This document shows positions 12,628 to 24,954 of a stretch of DNA of 51,963 bases, one piece after another. The first letter of the stretch is position 1. Each line of letters begins with the position of its first letter. The stretch spans positions 1 through 51,963 of the forward strand of contig JAUCBJ010007559.1 of the NCBI GenBank assembly GCA_032718475.1, written 5' to 3'. Below the pieces are notes generated by a model. That model saw only the letters and a program-made list of their open reading frames with translations, searched no databases and was not told the DNA's origin. Origin of the DNA: Nemertoderma westbladi. Its lineage: Eukaryota > Animalia > Xenacoelomorpha. A program made the position numbers and the translations under genes.

Positions 12628-12636
12628 TTTAGTTAC
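12628..12636 (-). promoter_or_regulatory. Non-tRNA primer-binding-site candidate of element A (GTAACTAAA)
   Basis: Directly follows the putative LTR end on the minus strand and forms an inverted repeat with 12798-12806 inside the LTR. Confidence 0.55.
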
Positions 12637-13168
12637 TGTGACGGGATCCAAGAGGGATCCCGGTTTATCCGGTTTTAGTTCACGCGTCCCCGCCGTGTAT
12701 AAAGAGTGAATGAGTTCTGATGTTGTTTGTCGTATATAATATGATATGTGGATATAGATATAGATATAGTATTGTCATATATGGAAGGCGGGATACGGTA
12801 ACTAAAGTCCCGGTCCTTCCCTATCTAAAACTATGTAACCTAATCTAGCACCGGTATTGCACTGAGATAACTGAACTGATATGATTACAGGTTACTGGTT
12901 ATATTGCACGGTGGCCTTATTGCTACTCAATCGATGCCTTTCCCCCCTCTGATTGGTTGATACCCTTGTTGGCGCCCTTTGGAGTGTTCCCGTTCACTCC
13001 ACTTGTTCTCTCTTGGTTAGGGGTTTGGCCCCTGACCCTTATTGTGTGGTTCACCTCCCCACTCTTATTGGGATGGCACGAGTTGGTTGATTGCCCAATC
13101 TCGAGGCCCCCAATATTGCTTATCGGCTTAACTTTTATGGGGTGTTAGCGGGATTGGATAAGCTAACA
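12637..13168 (-). repeat. Putative 5' LTR of element A (about 532 bp)
   Basis: TG...CA termini. It sits just upstream of the first gag ORF and is followed by unrelated LINE sequence. The GTTAC|TG junction mirrors the proven junction of element B. The partner LTR is not in the window. Confidence 0.6.
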
Positions 13169-13183
13169 AAATCCAGGACCAAA

Positions 13184-13265
13184 ATCGTTATGCTGCATTG
13201 CAGCTGCATTTTTAAGAATGCTGTTCAGGCCTGTCAACAAAATTGCGCTGCTACAACACCCTATC
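13184..13265 (-). mobile_element. 3'-end fragment of RTE-type LINE
   Basis: atgctgcattgcagctgcatttttaagaatgctg matches the LINE 3' end at 34188-34221. Confidence 0.75.
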
Positions 13266-14044
13266 ACTTATTGTACTTAGAATTCACTGGTGTGAATCCG
13301 ATCGAAAAATAAAATTTTTGAAAAAAGAACTGGGGTGGTTATTTTGCAGCACCAAAATTACAAGTAGTGAACAATTTTCATAAAATTTGAACGTTACAAT
13401 TTTCAGCTAATTGATTTAATACAATGTTCAATACGGGTTTTATGGTGCGTAAAATTCATTGTAAAATATTTAAAAATTATCTGATTAGTATAAATGGCTG
13501 TTTTAGTCCTCTACGTAGGAAAAAAATGAAAAAAACAGGTAACCAGCACTTTTCAGTTTGAACACAAAATTATTTGTTCACTTATACGATTCTATAAATT
13601 CCCATTTTTAGGTTTTCTGGGGCGCTGATTCTAATGGAAACATTTCTCATTACCCAGAGCATTGCTACTCCTATTTTTCGGTGTAATATGGTAAATTTTG
13701 GTTCTAGCACCATATTTCGTACCCATCATCAAAAATGTACACGATTGAGATGTCCAGTGCGGTTTTTATTGATTCCATCGGATTCACGACCCTCATAAAC
13801 CCGTACAACGCAAGAAACAAGATGATACTATCTATTGATCAATTTGCTTATTTCCAAAAATTTGGTGCTCGCACAACAATTGAAACCCTGAAACCATTTA
13901 TTTAGCTCAAATTCTTCAAAGTCCAATGTTTCAGTTTCGGGTCTCTCCGCGCGGTAATTTACTCTAAGCACATTTATACGCTTATTCATATCTATAAAAT
14001 GGTTACGAATTACCTGCAACTTATCATATAGGGATGTCAGAGTT

Positions 14045-14483
14045 CTAAACTGTCTCTTTGGTCGCTATACTCTCCAACTTCAGTAAATTGATTGTTTGCA
14101 GGTGTAACAGCTGATCATATTCATCCAGCATTACGGCTAAATCTGCCGGGTCTTGGGTTCCACTGTCTAGGCATTTGGTTAATTTATTTGTCGCCTTGGT
14201 TACCTTACCCATGTAAACCACCTGCACTTTTATTAATTGTAGGAAGCCTCAAGGATGTGTTACTATCGTCACTACTGTCAGCATCAGGGATTTCATCTTC
14301 AAGGTGTCGAGCAGCACCCTGAACTATAAACCTAGAAGCAGGGACGATACCTACTGTCTGTGTGGTAGGGGCACTAATAGTCTCAATTACATCAGGTGTG
14401 GTGACGTTTAATTGCTAACTGGACTCGTCAGCAGTCTCACATTGTTCTGTTACCGGAACGTCGGTATTTGTTGTTTGACTCAT
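14045..14483 (-). pseudogene. Possible degraded gag N-terminus of another LTR element
   Basis: Helical segment YMGKVTKATNKLTKCL... resembles BEL Gag N-termini. It is interrupted and has no diagnostic motif. Confidence 0.3.
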
Positions 14484-15265
14484 TTTCGGGATTTTATATT
14501 TTATATTGATTAAAATTTTTTAATTTTAATTTTAATTCAATTTAACGAAATTCCTTGCTTGTTGTAATAGTTTACAAATTATTACACCAATTTAATTGTG
14601 AATTCAAATAAAACAAACTTTCACAACTCAATTAATTTCTAATTTTCTTATATTTATTTTATTTCATAAAATATATCCTTGGCTCGACTTTATGAGACCC
14701 TGGATGGTGGGACAATAAGATACAACAAAGGGAAGTAATTTAAAATTGTACTTAAAAAATTACAACACCAAATTTATTTTATATGCACAAGTGCCACAAA
14801 TACTGTGCATAAGTATTTTAACAAACCTTCAAACAGCCACAAATAAACTCTAGATCCCACAAGCACAATCCTATCGACACTACGACCAACCTGTGATTGA
14901 TGCTAACGACGCCGTCCCACGTCCCAACCTCGTGAATGATCAGTTAACTTGCGTACCAAGTCAAACGTCTCCAGATCCCGGATTGGTTGTGGTGATGAAA
15001 GTGATGTTCCTGTAAGTTGTATTAGAGAATTAGGTGGCTGTCTGGTAGATTTACACTAAATAAAACGAAATATAAATTTTTAATTTCATATAAATCTTAT
15101 AATGCAGCCCTTTTTGGCTATACAAATTTCCAAACTCGATAGAAACTTCACTCAACGGCGGCGCTATAGCAACTCTGTGATTTATTTATAATTTTTTACA
15201 TCGCAAATCAGCTAAGAATTGGCTAAAAAGATGTCGCTAAAGCACATTGCAGATTTATTAACATA

Positions 15266-16592
15266 ACTAGAAAGCCTGTGGCCCTTCGGGCCACAGCTTT
15301 CTAGTGCACGTGCAGATGATATATGAATATGTGTGGGAGATTTGAGAACTGCATACGGAACAGACACCATCATTAAATAAAACACCACCCCCATAAGAGA
15401 TAACTGTCAAGTTTCAACTTTAGGCAGACTGTAAATAACAAAATTTCCAGAAAATGATCACTTTCAGATCCACCCTCTACCTGCGGACTGGTGAAATGCA
15501 GACGGCGCTGCAGTTTGGTAAAGATGGGGTTTATGGTGAAGTAAAATGCCTGCCTTTCAAGTTTCAGCTTAAACAGATTGTAAATAACAAAATTGATGTA
15601 CTGTAGATGTTCACATTCAGACATTTCACCCTCTAGCGGTAGACTGAAGAACTGTGGACGACTCTGGGACTCCGTAAAGATACAGAATATGCTGTAGTAG
15701 ATTCCTGCCAAGTTTCAGCTCAAAGGGATTAAAAAGAACCAAATGGGATGAGGTGTTCACTATCAGATATGTCGCCCTCTAGCGGCAGATGGGGGGACTG
15801 TATACAACTCTGTGACTCCGTAAAGGTACAGCCTATGCTGTAGTAGATGCCTACCAAGTTTCAGTCTAAACCGTTAGTAAATAACAAAGTTGGAGAAGAT
15901 GTTAACTTTCAGACATTTCACCCTCTAGCGGTAGACTGGGGAAGTGGATAGGATTCTGCAACCCCGTAAAGATACAGCCTATGATGTAGTAGATACCAAC
16001 CAAGTTTCAGCTCAAAATGATTAAAAAGAACCAAATGGGATGAGGTTTTCACTATCAGACAATTCGCCCTCTAGCGGCTGACTGTGGAACTGTAGACGAC
16101 TCTACTACTCCGCAAAGATATAGCCTATGCTATAGTAGATGCCTACCAAGTTTCAGTCTAAAAGGATTGTAAATAACAAAGTTGGAGGAGATGTTAACTT
16201 TCATACATTTCGCCCTCTAGCGGCAGACGCGGGTAATGTAGACAACTCTGCGCGACTCAGTAAAGATATAGCCTATGCTGTAGTAGATGCCTACCAAGTT
16301 CAGTCTAAATGGATTATAAATAACAAAGTTGGAGAAGATGTTAACTCTCAGACATTTAGCCCTCTAACGGTAGACTGGGGAACTGTGGACAACTCATTGA
16401 CTCCGGAAATATACAGCCTATGCTGCAGTATATAGCTACCAAGTTTCAGCTCAAAAGCATTAAAAACAACCCAATGAGATCAGGTTTTCACTATCGGACA
16501 ATTCGCCCTCTAGCGGCAAATGGGGGAACTTCAGACGGCTCTGAGTATTACGTTGCAACGAGTTAGGGCGAGACCTATCTAACGAGCTATAG
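15266..16592. repeat. About 147-bp tandem array (about 8 copies) bracketed by hairpins; Helitron/Helentron-derived-like element
   Basis: caagtttcag and ccctctagcgg recur every 146-150 bp from about 15408 to 16515. A near-perfect hairpin actagaaagcctgtggcc-cttcg-ggccacagctttctagt lies at 15266-15305. Confidence 0.75.
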
Positions 16593-18689
16593 TAAGCGAG
16601 ATTTCATCGAGATTAGATGTATAATATTAGATAAAATAATAATACAGTAAGTATAGGCCTACAGAAATAATTATTTTACTTTTAATATTCATAACAGTAA
16701 AACAAAAATGTTATAAACCTCTCCTTCCATGCAGCCAATGATTGAGAAAGCAGAATTACTCTGAGCAATTCGCAACAGACAACCCAAACCCACCCCACCC
16801 CAATCAACACTCCAGCCTGCTTGCTCCTTATCTGTGCCCAGCCAGCTAGCTGCGATTTCAATAATTACCTTAACGTTGCTATGATACAGAAAAAAATCCT
16901 TCCCTATTCACTACAGCACTAAGAATAGGCCAATTCGATCGTGCTTGGCGAATATGACATATTTATACACTATTTGATTTTTAATCAATAAATAATCATA
17001 CATATTTATATTAAACACTCGAATAAAATAAATACTTTGTGAGAATGGGACACGGCGAATCTACTCATGTTAATTTGATACCAGATGGGATAAATGTTAC
17101 CCCTCTAAATAATTAATTACCGATAGAAGAACCGAAATAATTCGATACATTTCGCCCGAACGAACACAAAATCTCGTGGATAAATTTGCCGATATTCTCT
17201 AATTTTTCACTTCTATTCTGTAAAGTAACTGTAAGAGTGTCAAACTAATGATTGTGAGAGATGATTAACACTATCTAAATACCCCAAATACATTTACTGC
17301 TGGACTGAAAATAATGCTGTTAGTAGCTGAAACTTGGTATATAAGCTTACTCAACCCAAACAAAAGGTCAAAATAAATAAAGATGAAGTGAAATGAATGT
17401 TAGTATCCTAATGAGACCCAAACCTAAGCCAAAACGATGAGCGCTGATACCAAATATATCAACACTCTAACCCTTTTGCGCTTCCGTGCTGCCTGTGCGG
17501 TTATTATGATGGGGTATCCCGGTTCAAATTGGCCCAAAACCCAAGTACAGGAAAAATAGTTAAAGCACCAGTTAACCTAATAGAATTGTGTACATCAACC
17601 TAATGAGACCCCCCCTCCCCTGTGGCTTACCCAGTCCAACTTACTGCCCTTATGTTTCACTCATGTTGTATGATATAATCCATCCTGTCCTGTGGCTCCC
17701 GCAGTCGGCCGGTATGGCTCGACGTCCTCACTCCATAATTATCATTATTAGGCGGAGAATGTGCCGCGCATGTGTAAAAACAACGGGTTTGAATTCCGAA
17801 CCGATCACCGGGTGTCTTTATTCCACCATTTTGATTCACAAATTCACCAACACAAACAAAACACAATTAGGGTTAATACATATATGTATATATTTTACGT
17901 TTTTACTGTACAAAATCAGAACATAATATCAGAGAAATTCAATACAATCTGAAGAAATTCAATATAAAATCGCGAAGAAAAATCAATATAACAACATATC
18001 ATATAACAACAAAACTGGTTTTTACCGGTTCCAGTAAGTTCTCTTTGACATTGCATAAAAATTCAGTAAACCGGTTTTTACTTGGATATGAGTAGCTACT
18101 AGCTTTCTTATTCGTCCAGCAAACAGATAAATGGCCAATCACAGCGCCCTTCTTATCACCTACATGGAATGGGCCTGGCGCATGCGCATAACTAGAGTTC
18201 AAACATAAACAGCATCTAAATTAATTTGTAAGGGCCACCCGTTTAGGTATAAAATTGGACAAATTATGGATGTAGAAATTCTGTATCAACATTTGTTTAG
18301 ATCCACCTTATTTACTGCGGTTTTAATACAGATATAAACTTGATTAAATATTTCCTAGTTTGCAATAAAATTCGGAATTCAAAATCGTCAATAAATTAGC
18401 CATAAATAATATCGTAAAAATAAATAAGTTTTTTTATGTATAGCTACTGCAGTACTACGTACAGAGTTGAACATATTTAATGTTTTGATTGACACTATTT
18501 ATTTTATAACATTATTTATGACATCATTATGACATTATTTATGTTCCGTTTATAACTTACCGTTTATTTATTAATTAACTTTATATAAGTTTTTATGATG
18601 GACCAATATCATTGATTCATTAATCAAGATACCCTATTTCTGTGGTGCTATTTGGTCAATATTATTAATATTACAACAATAATATGTTC

Positions 18690-19045
18690 AGCATACTTGC
18701 AGCATAAGGGTTCTCTGAGCGCCAGAGGAAATTATTGCAGTTATCCGGTCACTGTACGATGGTTCCACCACATTAGTGTCTCCTGCTGATGGTGGCGACA
18801 CAGATCCATTCGAAGTCTTATGGGGAGTCCTTCACGGTGACACACTTGCACCCTTTATACTCGTAATTGTGGTTGACTATGTTATACGCATGTCCTTAGA
18901 TCATCATAATGATGATGGGGTGAATACTGGCACAAGAATTAGAGGAAATCCAGCAAAGTACCTAACTGATCTAGACTTTGCTGATGACTTAGGGGTACTG
19001 TCAGAATCACTAGAGGGAGCCCAAACGCTCCTCTGTTCATTGGCT
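18690..19045 (+). mobile_element. RTE-type LINE reverse transcriptase fragment
   Basis: GVLHGDTLAPFILVIVVDY...LTDLDFADDL; homologous in inverted orientation to about 34930-35280. Confidence 0.88.
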
Positions 19046-19689
19046 CAGAATCGCTCAATATTAATCTGTATCTCAAAACTGAGCCCCGTGCTGCGCGAAG
19101 GCCCCACGAACGTGTTTAAAGTTGTTTTAATGGCTCCTGAAATAGTTACTCTTGTATTTTTAAGCTGCAATATGGCATTTTGAAACCAGCTGATGGCGTT
19201 GATAGATACCCAGTTTAAAACCAAATCAGGAAATACAGTAGTGATTCTAGTTTTTTTTAAGGGCTCCTGTAACTTACTATTCTTTATAAAGTGATAGTTA
19301 GTAATCCTAGAGCTGGGTCATTGCGGCAAATTATAATATAAAACCACAATAATATTTAAGAAATAATAGACCGTGCCATCTGAATACCTACAGTATATCA
19401 ATTTGTGCAATAATCAGTATAGCAGTAGTTCATAGGAAGTAGTGCGTATAGTTTCAGTAGTGTGGTAGTACAGTCTAGTTGCTTGAATAATAGCCTGTTG
19501 GCCGAAATATCGCAACAACCTTATTTATTTTATATGTCACTAGTATTGGTCTTTACCCCACCTATATTGACAATATGATTAGAACAGTGACCTGGACACG
19601 GAACTACCTATTAATATTATCTGGTATTGGATTATCATCTACTGAAGGAATAATATATTCTATCGGATATTCTATCGAACCTGCCTATT

Positions 19690-20534
19690 AATAGGCCTGG
19701 GTAGTTCTTGTCAGGAGTTGAGCCATTTAAAAACACGATGTGGTTGTGTGTGTGTGTATGTATAACCATCCAATATCTCAAAAACTCAAGCAGGTATGCA
19801 AATATTTTAATAACTAACTCTCCATAAATTTTGGTTGCGCACAAGACTGTATATTTTTTGTGGCGTTTCGATCACGGGGTCACTGAAAAATAGCGGTTTT
19901 GAAAATTTAAAGTCGAATTTCACCGATTTCAACTCATCGAGTATGCACCAACTTTTTTATTTGAGATATTCAGTCATCTGAGCAACATATTTGCGCCTCA
20001 GAATCTTTTCAAATATCGCCAATCTCGCACAGAACGTCGCCAAAATTTGTTAGTCTGGCAAAAAAAACGCACAAATTCGTCTAAAAGAGTAAATTATTTA
20101 GTTGTGGAATAATATGACTCAACTAGAAAAGCCAGCCATCTGGCTGTAAGGAGACCCTCCATAGACAAACGTAGTGTTAGTTGGGTCCCCCCTCATTCAT
20201 TATCATCAACTCCCTCCCACATAACATAGCACTGAGATGATTCACTGGGAAGAGCTATTCATCTGGTGTGTTAATACATTATACAAACATATAGTTGATG
20301 TTTGATTACTGTCTGGGTTAGAGTGAGATAGTAATAAATTTGGCAAGTAATATACTTCTCTGCAGTTTGGGCTATCCATTCAATAAATAGTAGTAGCTTA
20401 CTAGGCCCACATGTACCAGCAGCTGGTGTTTCTATCGTTGAGTTGATGGCAATTGTCGTGTTTTCATTTTCGCTCACTCATGGTACTGGTTTGAGGGGCA
20501 GGTTCGTTTATAGCCAGCTTGCTGGCTTTCTAGT
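19690..20534. repeat. Dispersed composite repeat, copy 1; includes a TIR-bounded subelement 20122-20534
   Basis: Closely matches 49150-49934. The subelement has inverted ends actagaaaagccagc...gctggcttttctagt. Confidence 0.85.
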
Positions 20535-22582
20535 ATATTGTGTGGTATTATAAATATATACTTTATTCGATTAGTGATAGTATTAGTATAACAATATTAT
20601 TTTAAAACATTTCTCGGCGAACTTTAAACTTACTGTAAGGGTTAATAAATTTCCTAGAAATAAATTTGATACATAACATAAAATTTGAAATTATTATGTA
20701 TTAATTTAAATAAAATTTTTACAATAAAATACCAAACTAGTTCTAGTTAAACTAGTTCTAGTCAAACTAGTAAACGTTCGAAATGGTTGGTTTAAGTAAG
20801 CACGGGAAGTCAAAAGGATTTTGAAAATCGGCTGTGATTAGCTTCTACATATTTGACGTCACTACACAGTGCTCAGACAATTTCTTATATTGTTTTCTAT
20901 GGAGGGTGATTTTGGATCCATTCAAATTTACATTTAATCTCAATCATTTCATCACATGTGAAAACAGAGTGTCTTACGCGTATTTTAGCACTACAATTAA
21001 TTAAATTCATGATGATGAAAATATTATTGATAAAATGAATCAATTCACAATTATAAACTCGCAGTTTGCCTGACCGGTATGCAAATAGTATTGAACCACT
21101 CAGCCCTATAAACCTATTGCATTGCAATATCGGAGTATTGCTGTATTGCAGCATTAAGTTCATTAAGTTGAAATGTGTACCAGTCACCGGTAGCGTAAGA
21201 GTTGTACAGCGGTAGGTTTACTCAACGTTATGAACTTAAGCAACAATAAAGCAATATGCCTATTCCGATACTGCAATGCAATAGGAGGCTAGGGCTGAGT
21301 TGATTAGTTCTTGCATACGGGGTCATGCAATCTACCAAGTGTGCAAAATTGCAAACAGTATTATTTATAAGTGTTTGTAGTGTTAAAAGACGCGCTTGAC
21401 TCTCTTGACACTTGTAGTGACCTAACATCACGAATTATTGGGTCAACATGAGAGCGGGATATTCAAACAGGGATATATAGGACTACTACCTAGGCCTACT
21501 GTACTGCTGTACGATATACAGATTACTGCGCTGTCAGATCAGTTATCATATCTGCATATGCAATTATATCTGTTATCAATGCTATAACTAATTATTAATG
21601 AACGATCATTAAAAACTCATTAATTGACAATCATTAAACTCTAAACTTTAAACATTAAATATTGTTGAATGACCTTTAGTCAGTCAGCCTTTGCTTAAAC
21701 TTTTGTGGTGACTGGTATATATTATAGTTACATAGATATAACTTAACGCAATCAATTTTGTAATAATATTAATTATACAATTTGTAAATTAAACATTTGT
21801 CTAAAGCTAAAATTATATTTCGAATTTATTTCACATTGTTCATATTGTTTTCTTAATTAATCTTAATCAATTGACTTTATTGTGCACGAAAATTATTGAA
21901 CCTTACAATGATGTAGATTAAATGTGTATTTAAATCGATCGAAAATCAACCCATAGAAAACTATATAAGAAATTATCTGAGCACAGCTAAGTGACGTGAT
22001 GTCAAATATGTCAATCAATCAATCAATCAATTGAGCTCATATGAGCTCGTATATGAGCTCGTATATCAGTTTTATTTACAAATTGAAATGTCACGAATAA
22101 ATAGGCATATTAGCTGATTAGTGAACTATCATATGAACAGTTATTTGCAATTTGTGTAGCCTATTGAATTTGTGTAGTTATTTAATTAGCCAAATAAAGC
22201 AGTAGCATAGCTAGTGTGCATTATTTGACTAAAAGAGAGGAAAATAATTCGTGATATACTGGTTCATTGCCATTCAAATGAACTTGGTACTCTACATCTT
22301 GCGATCGGTATGGCTTGTTTTTATAATAGTTGAATTGCGTAAAGTGGTGTTTATGGTGGTAGAACATGTGCAGATACATTCAAGTTTTTTACGGAAAACG
22401 ATGATGACAATAAATAATCAACTGAGGTGATGACGGTGATGTTTGTTTATAAGTTATTTATTTATTATTATTTTGTAGGTTATTTAGAAGTGATATTTTT
22501 AGTTTTTTGGCTAATAAATGTTTTGACTTACATTGTTTTAGTTCCATGCTTAGTGAGTTCCATATAATAGTTCCTCTGTAAT

Positions 22583-23100
22583 TTAATGAATTTTGTGTGG
22601 ACAGCAATCTAGTACGGGGAATAAAATAGTTCTGCAGTGTTGTGGATCTACTGTAGTAGCGTGACTGTGGATTTGGGATGTTTGTGTGAATAGGGATGAA
22701 ATGAATTCTTTCTTTTTCTTATTATGAATCTCCCACATTAGTTTAGCTACTTCTAATTTATACAATTTTTCAATTGGCAAAATATTTAGGGATTTGTAAA
22801 TCGGGTTGGAGTGCGCTTGATAGTGATTGAAGGTGATTGCTCGTAATAATTTATTTATTTTGATTCGAATGGGGTTTATATATTTGTTATAAGTGTTACC
22901 CCATAGTACTAAGCCGTATAATATGTAAGGATGAATGAGTGTGAAATAAAGCATTTTTAAAATATTTAAAGGTAAGATGTGTCGAATTTTGAAGAATATA
23001 CCGCAAGATTTAGAAATTTTCTTTAGGACATATGCGCAGTGACTTTTCCAGGTTAATTTGTTATCTATCCAAATCCCTAAAAATTTTGTTTCATTTTTTA
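22583..23100 (-). mobile_element. 5'-truncated non-LTR retrotransposon RT C-terminus (L2/Crack/CR1-like group)
   Basis: TKFLGIWIDNKLTWKSH...KISKSCGIFFKIR...LYFTLIHPYILYGLVLWG. Confidence 0.85.
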
Positions 23101-23484
23101 TGGCAATATTTATATTGCCATAACATATATATGTAACAGCCAATCACAGCCGATTTTCAAAATTAGCTTCCCAGGCTTACTTATCGCAATAATTTGTATT
23201 GTCCGTTTAAATCCTTTTTTTGTCCTTTTTTTTAATTTTTTATGTCCTCCAAAAATCGAATGTTAGGTTCCATGCTACCGGTTTCTCTACTGCTGTTCTC
23301 TCAGGCTATCAGTACCGGTATTAGTATATATAGCACTACAGTATTTTGCTGTATTGTATGTACAGATGTAGGTATAAAGCAGGCATTTCTGTATTTTAGT
23401 ACCGGTACCGGCACCGGTACTGCTGTAGGCCTACTGTGTAGCCTACCATTTAAATACGGTACTGGTAGGCCTATCGGCAGACCG

Positions 23485-24085
23485 GTTGTTTTGGTTAGAA
23501 AATCCCGCCTCATCTGTAACCTGCTCCTTTGCCTGATTTGGTAAAGTGACCGTTTATTGTTTTGGTTAGAAAGGCCCGCCTCTGTAACCTGCTCCTTTCC
23601 TTCATTTTGTAAAGTGACTGTTTATTGTTTTGGTTAGAAAATCCCGCCTCTGTAACCTGCCCCTTTCCCTCAATTAATTAAGTGATCGTTTATTGTTTTA
23701 GTTAGGAAATCCCGCCTCTGTAACCTGCTCCTTTCTCTCAATTGGTAATGTTATCGTTTATTGTTTTGGTTAGAAAATCCCGTCTCTATAACCTGCTCCT
23801 TTCCCTGATTTGGTAAAGTCACTGTTTATTGTTTTGGTTAGAAAATCGCGCATCTGTAACCTGCTCCTTTCTCTCAACTGGTAATGTTATCGTTTTATTG
23901 TTTTGGTTAGAAAATCCCGTCTCTGTATCTTGCTCCTTTCCCTCAATTAGGTAAATGATCGTTTATTGTTTTGGTTAGAAAATCGCGCCTCTGTAACCTG
24001 CTCCTTTCCCTGATTTGGTAAAGTGACTGTTCATTGTTTTGGTTAGAAAATCCGGCCTTAACATGCTCCTTTCCATCAATTGGAA
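23485..24085. repeat. 68-bp tandem repeat, about 9 copies
   Basis: gtttattgttttggttagaaaatcccgcctctgtaacctgctcctttc recurs about every 68 bp. Confidence 0.95.
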
Positions 24086-24954
24086 ATTGTTTTTGGCTAT
24101 AAAATGAGTGTTTTGCTACGTCATGTGGTATTCGATTATCGACAACAACCACAAACTTTTAAATTTAGAGTCTTTTACCACAGGCGCATATGGAATTCTA
24201 CTCATAGTCTATAAATCATGGAATGTTTTGGCACAGGCATAGTGAAACCAACTGTCCGACAGACCAGAAATCAACAAATTTTGAATGTTTTGGCATAGGC
24301 ATGTTGAAATCAACTGTCTGACAGTCCAGAAATCAGCAGTCTGACAGTTTGAAGAAATACATACATAAAAAGTCATTAAAAGGACAATAAAAGTCATTAA
24401 AAGGACAACAAAAGTCATTATGCACAATTCGTAAAAAAAGGAGGACAAAAAAAGTCAAATAAAAGGACATAAAAATTCACTGCCCTTACTTATACTTAAA
24501 CCCGCCATTTCGACCGATTCTTCATGTTTTTACAAAAATCACACACGCCGCCACTCGATTCAGTAGGAGAACTCAAAGTTGGCCATCGCGAAAATTTAGA
24601 AATATCATCACTTTGTGCCAAATGGTAGGTTCTGTCCATGTGCCTGTGGCACTAGTTACCTTGATCCAAAAATTAAAATTTTGGTTTCTAACTAAGTTTG
24701 GACCCATTTGATGACATTTGATGCATGCAGGAAGTTCTTTCTTGAGTCATTGATCTTTCATTAATGTGTTATATTGCTATAAATTTCATTATGGCGCATC
24801 GCGATGGCTCAAAATTTCAACCCTCTTGGGATCCGTGAAGATATAGACGAAATTTAATGAAATTTTTTTTGCCTTATTTTTTTACCATTTGGCAACTTTT
24901 GTGCACCGGTAGAACAATGAAATCGAAAAAAAGTAAAAAAACTCACCACCCTAT

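Larger units (their letters stand above)
1..13168 (-). mobile_element. BEL/Pao LTR retrotransposon (element A), 3' end outside window, with accessory ORF
   Basis: Domain order Gag-PR-RT-RNaseH-IN on the minus strand with BEL-type motifs (LVDSGA, AILTPFGWTLSG, FYVDD, FSDAS, PKLEL, NPADLLSRG, WRRWVEEYLPTL). Putative 5' LTR at 12637-13168. Confidence 0.93.

Noticed and set aside
13169-13173. Target-site duplication for element A (AAATC)
   Set aside because: The other flank is outside the window, so it cannot be verified.
15373-16435. ORFs within tandem arrays (also 23943-24152, 51099-51507)
   Set aside because: They are incidental translations of repeats, with no protein motifs.
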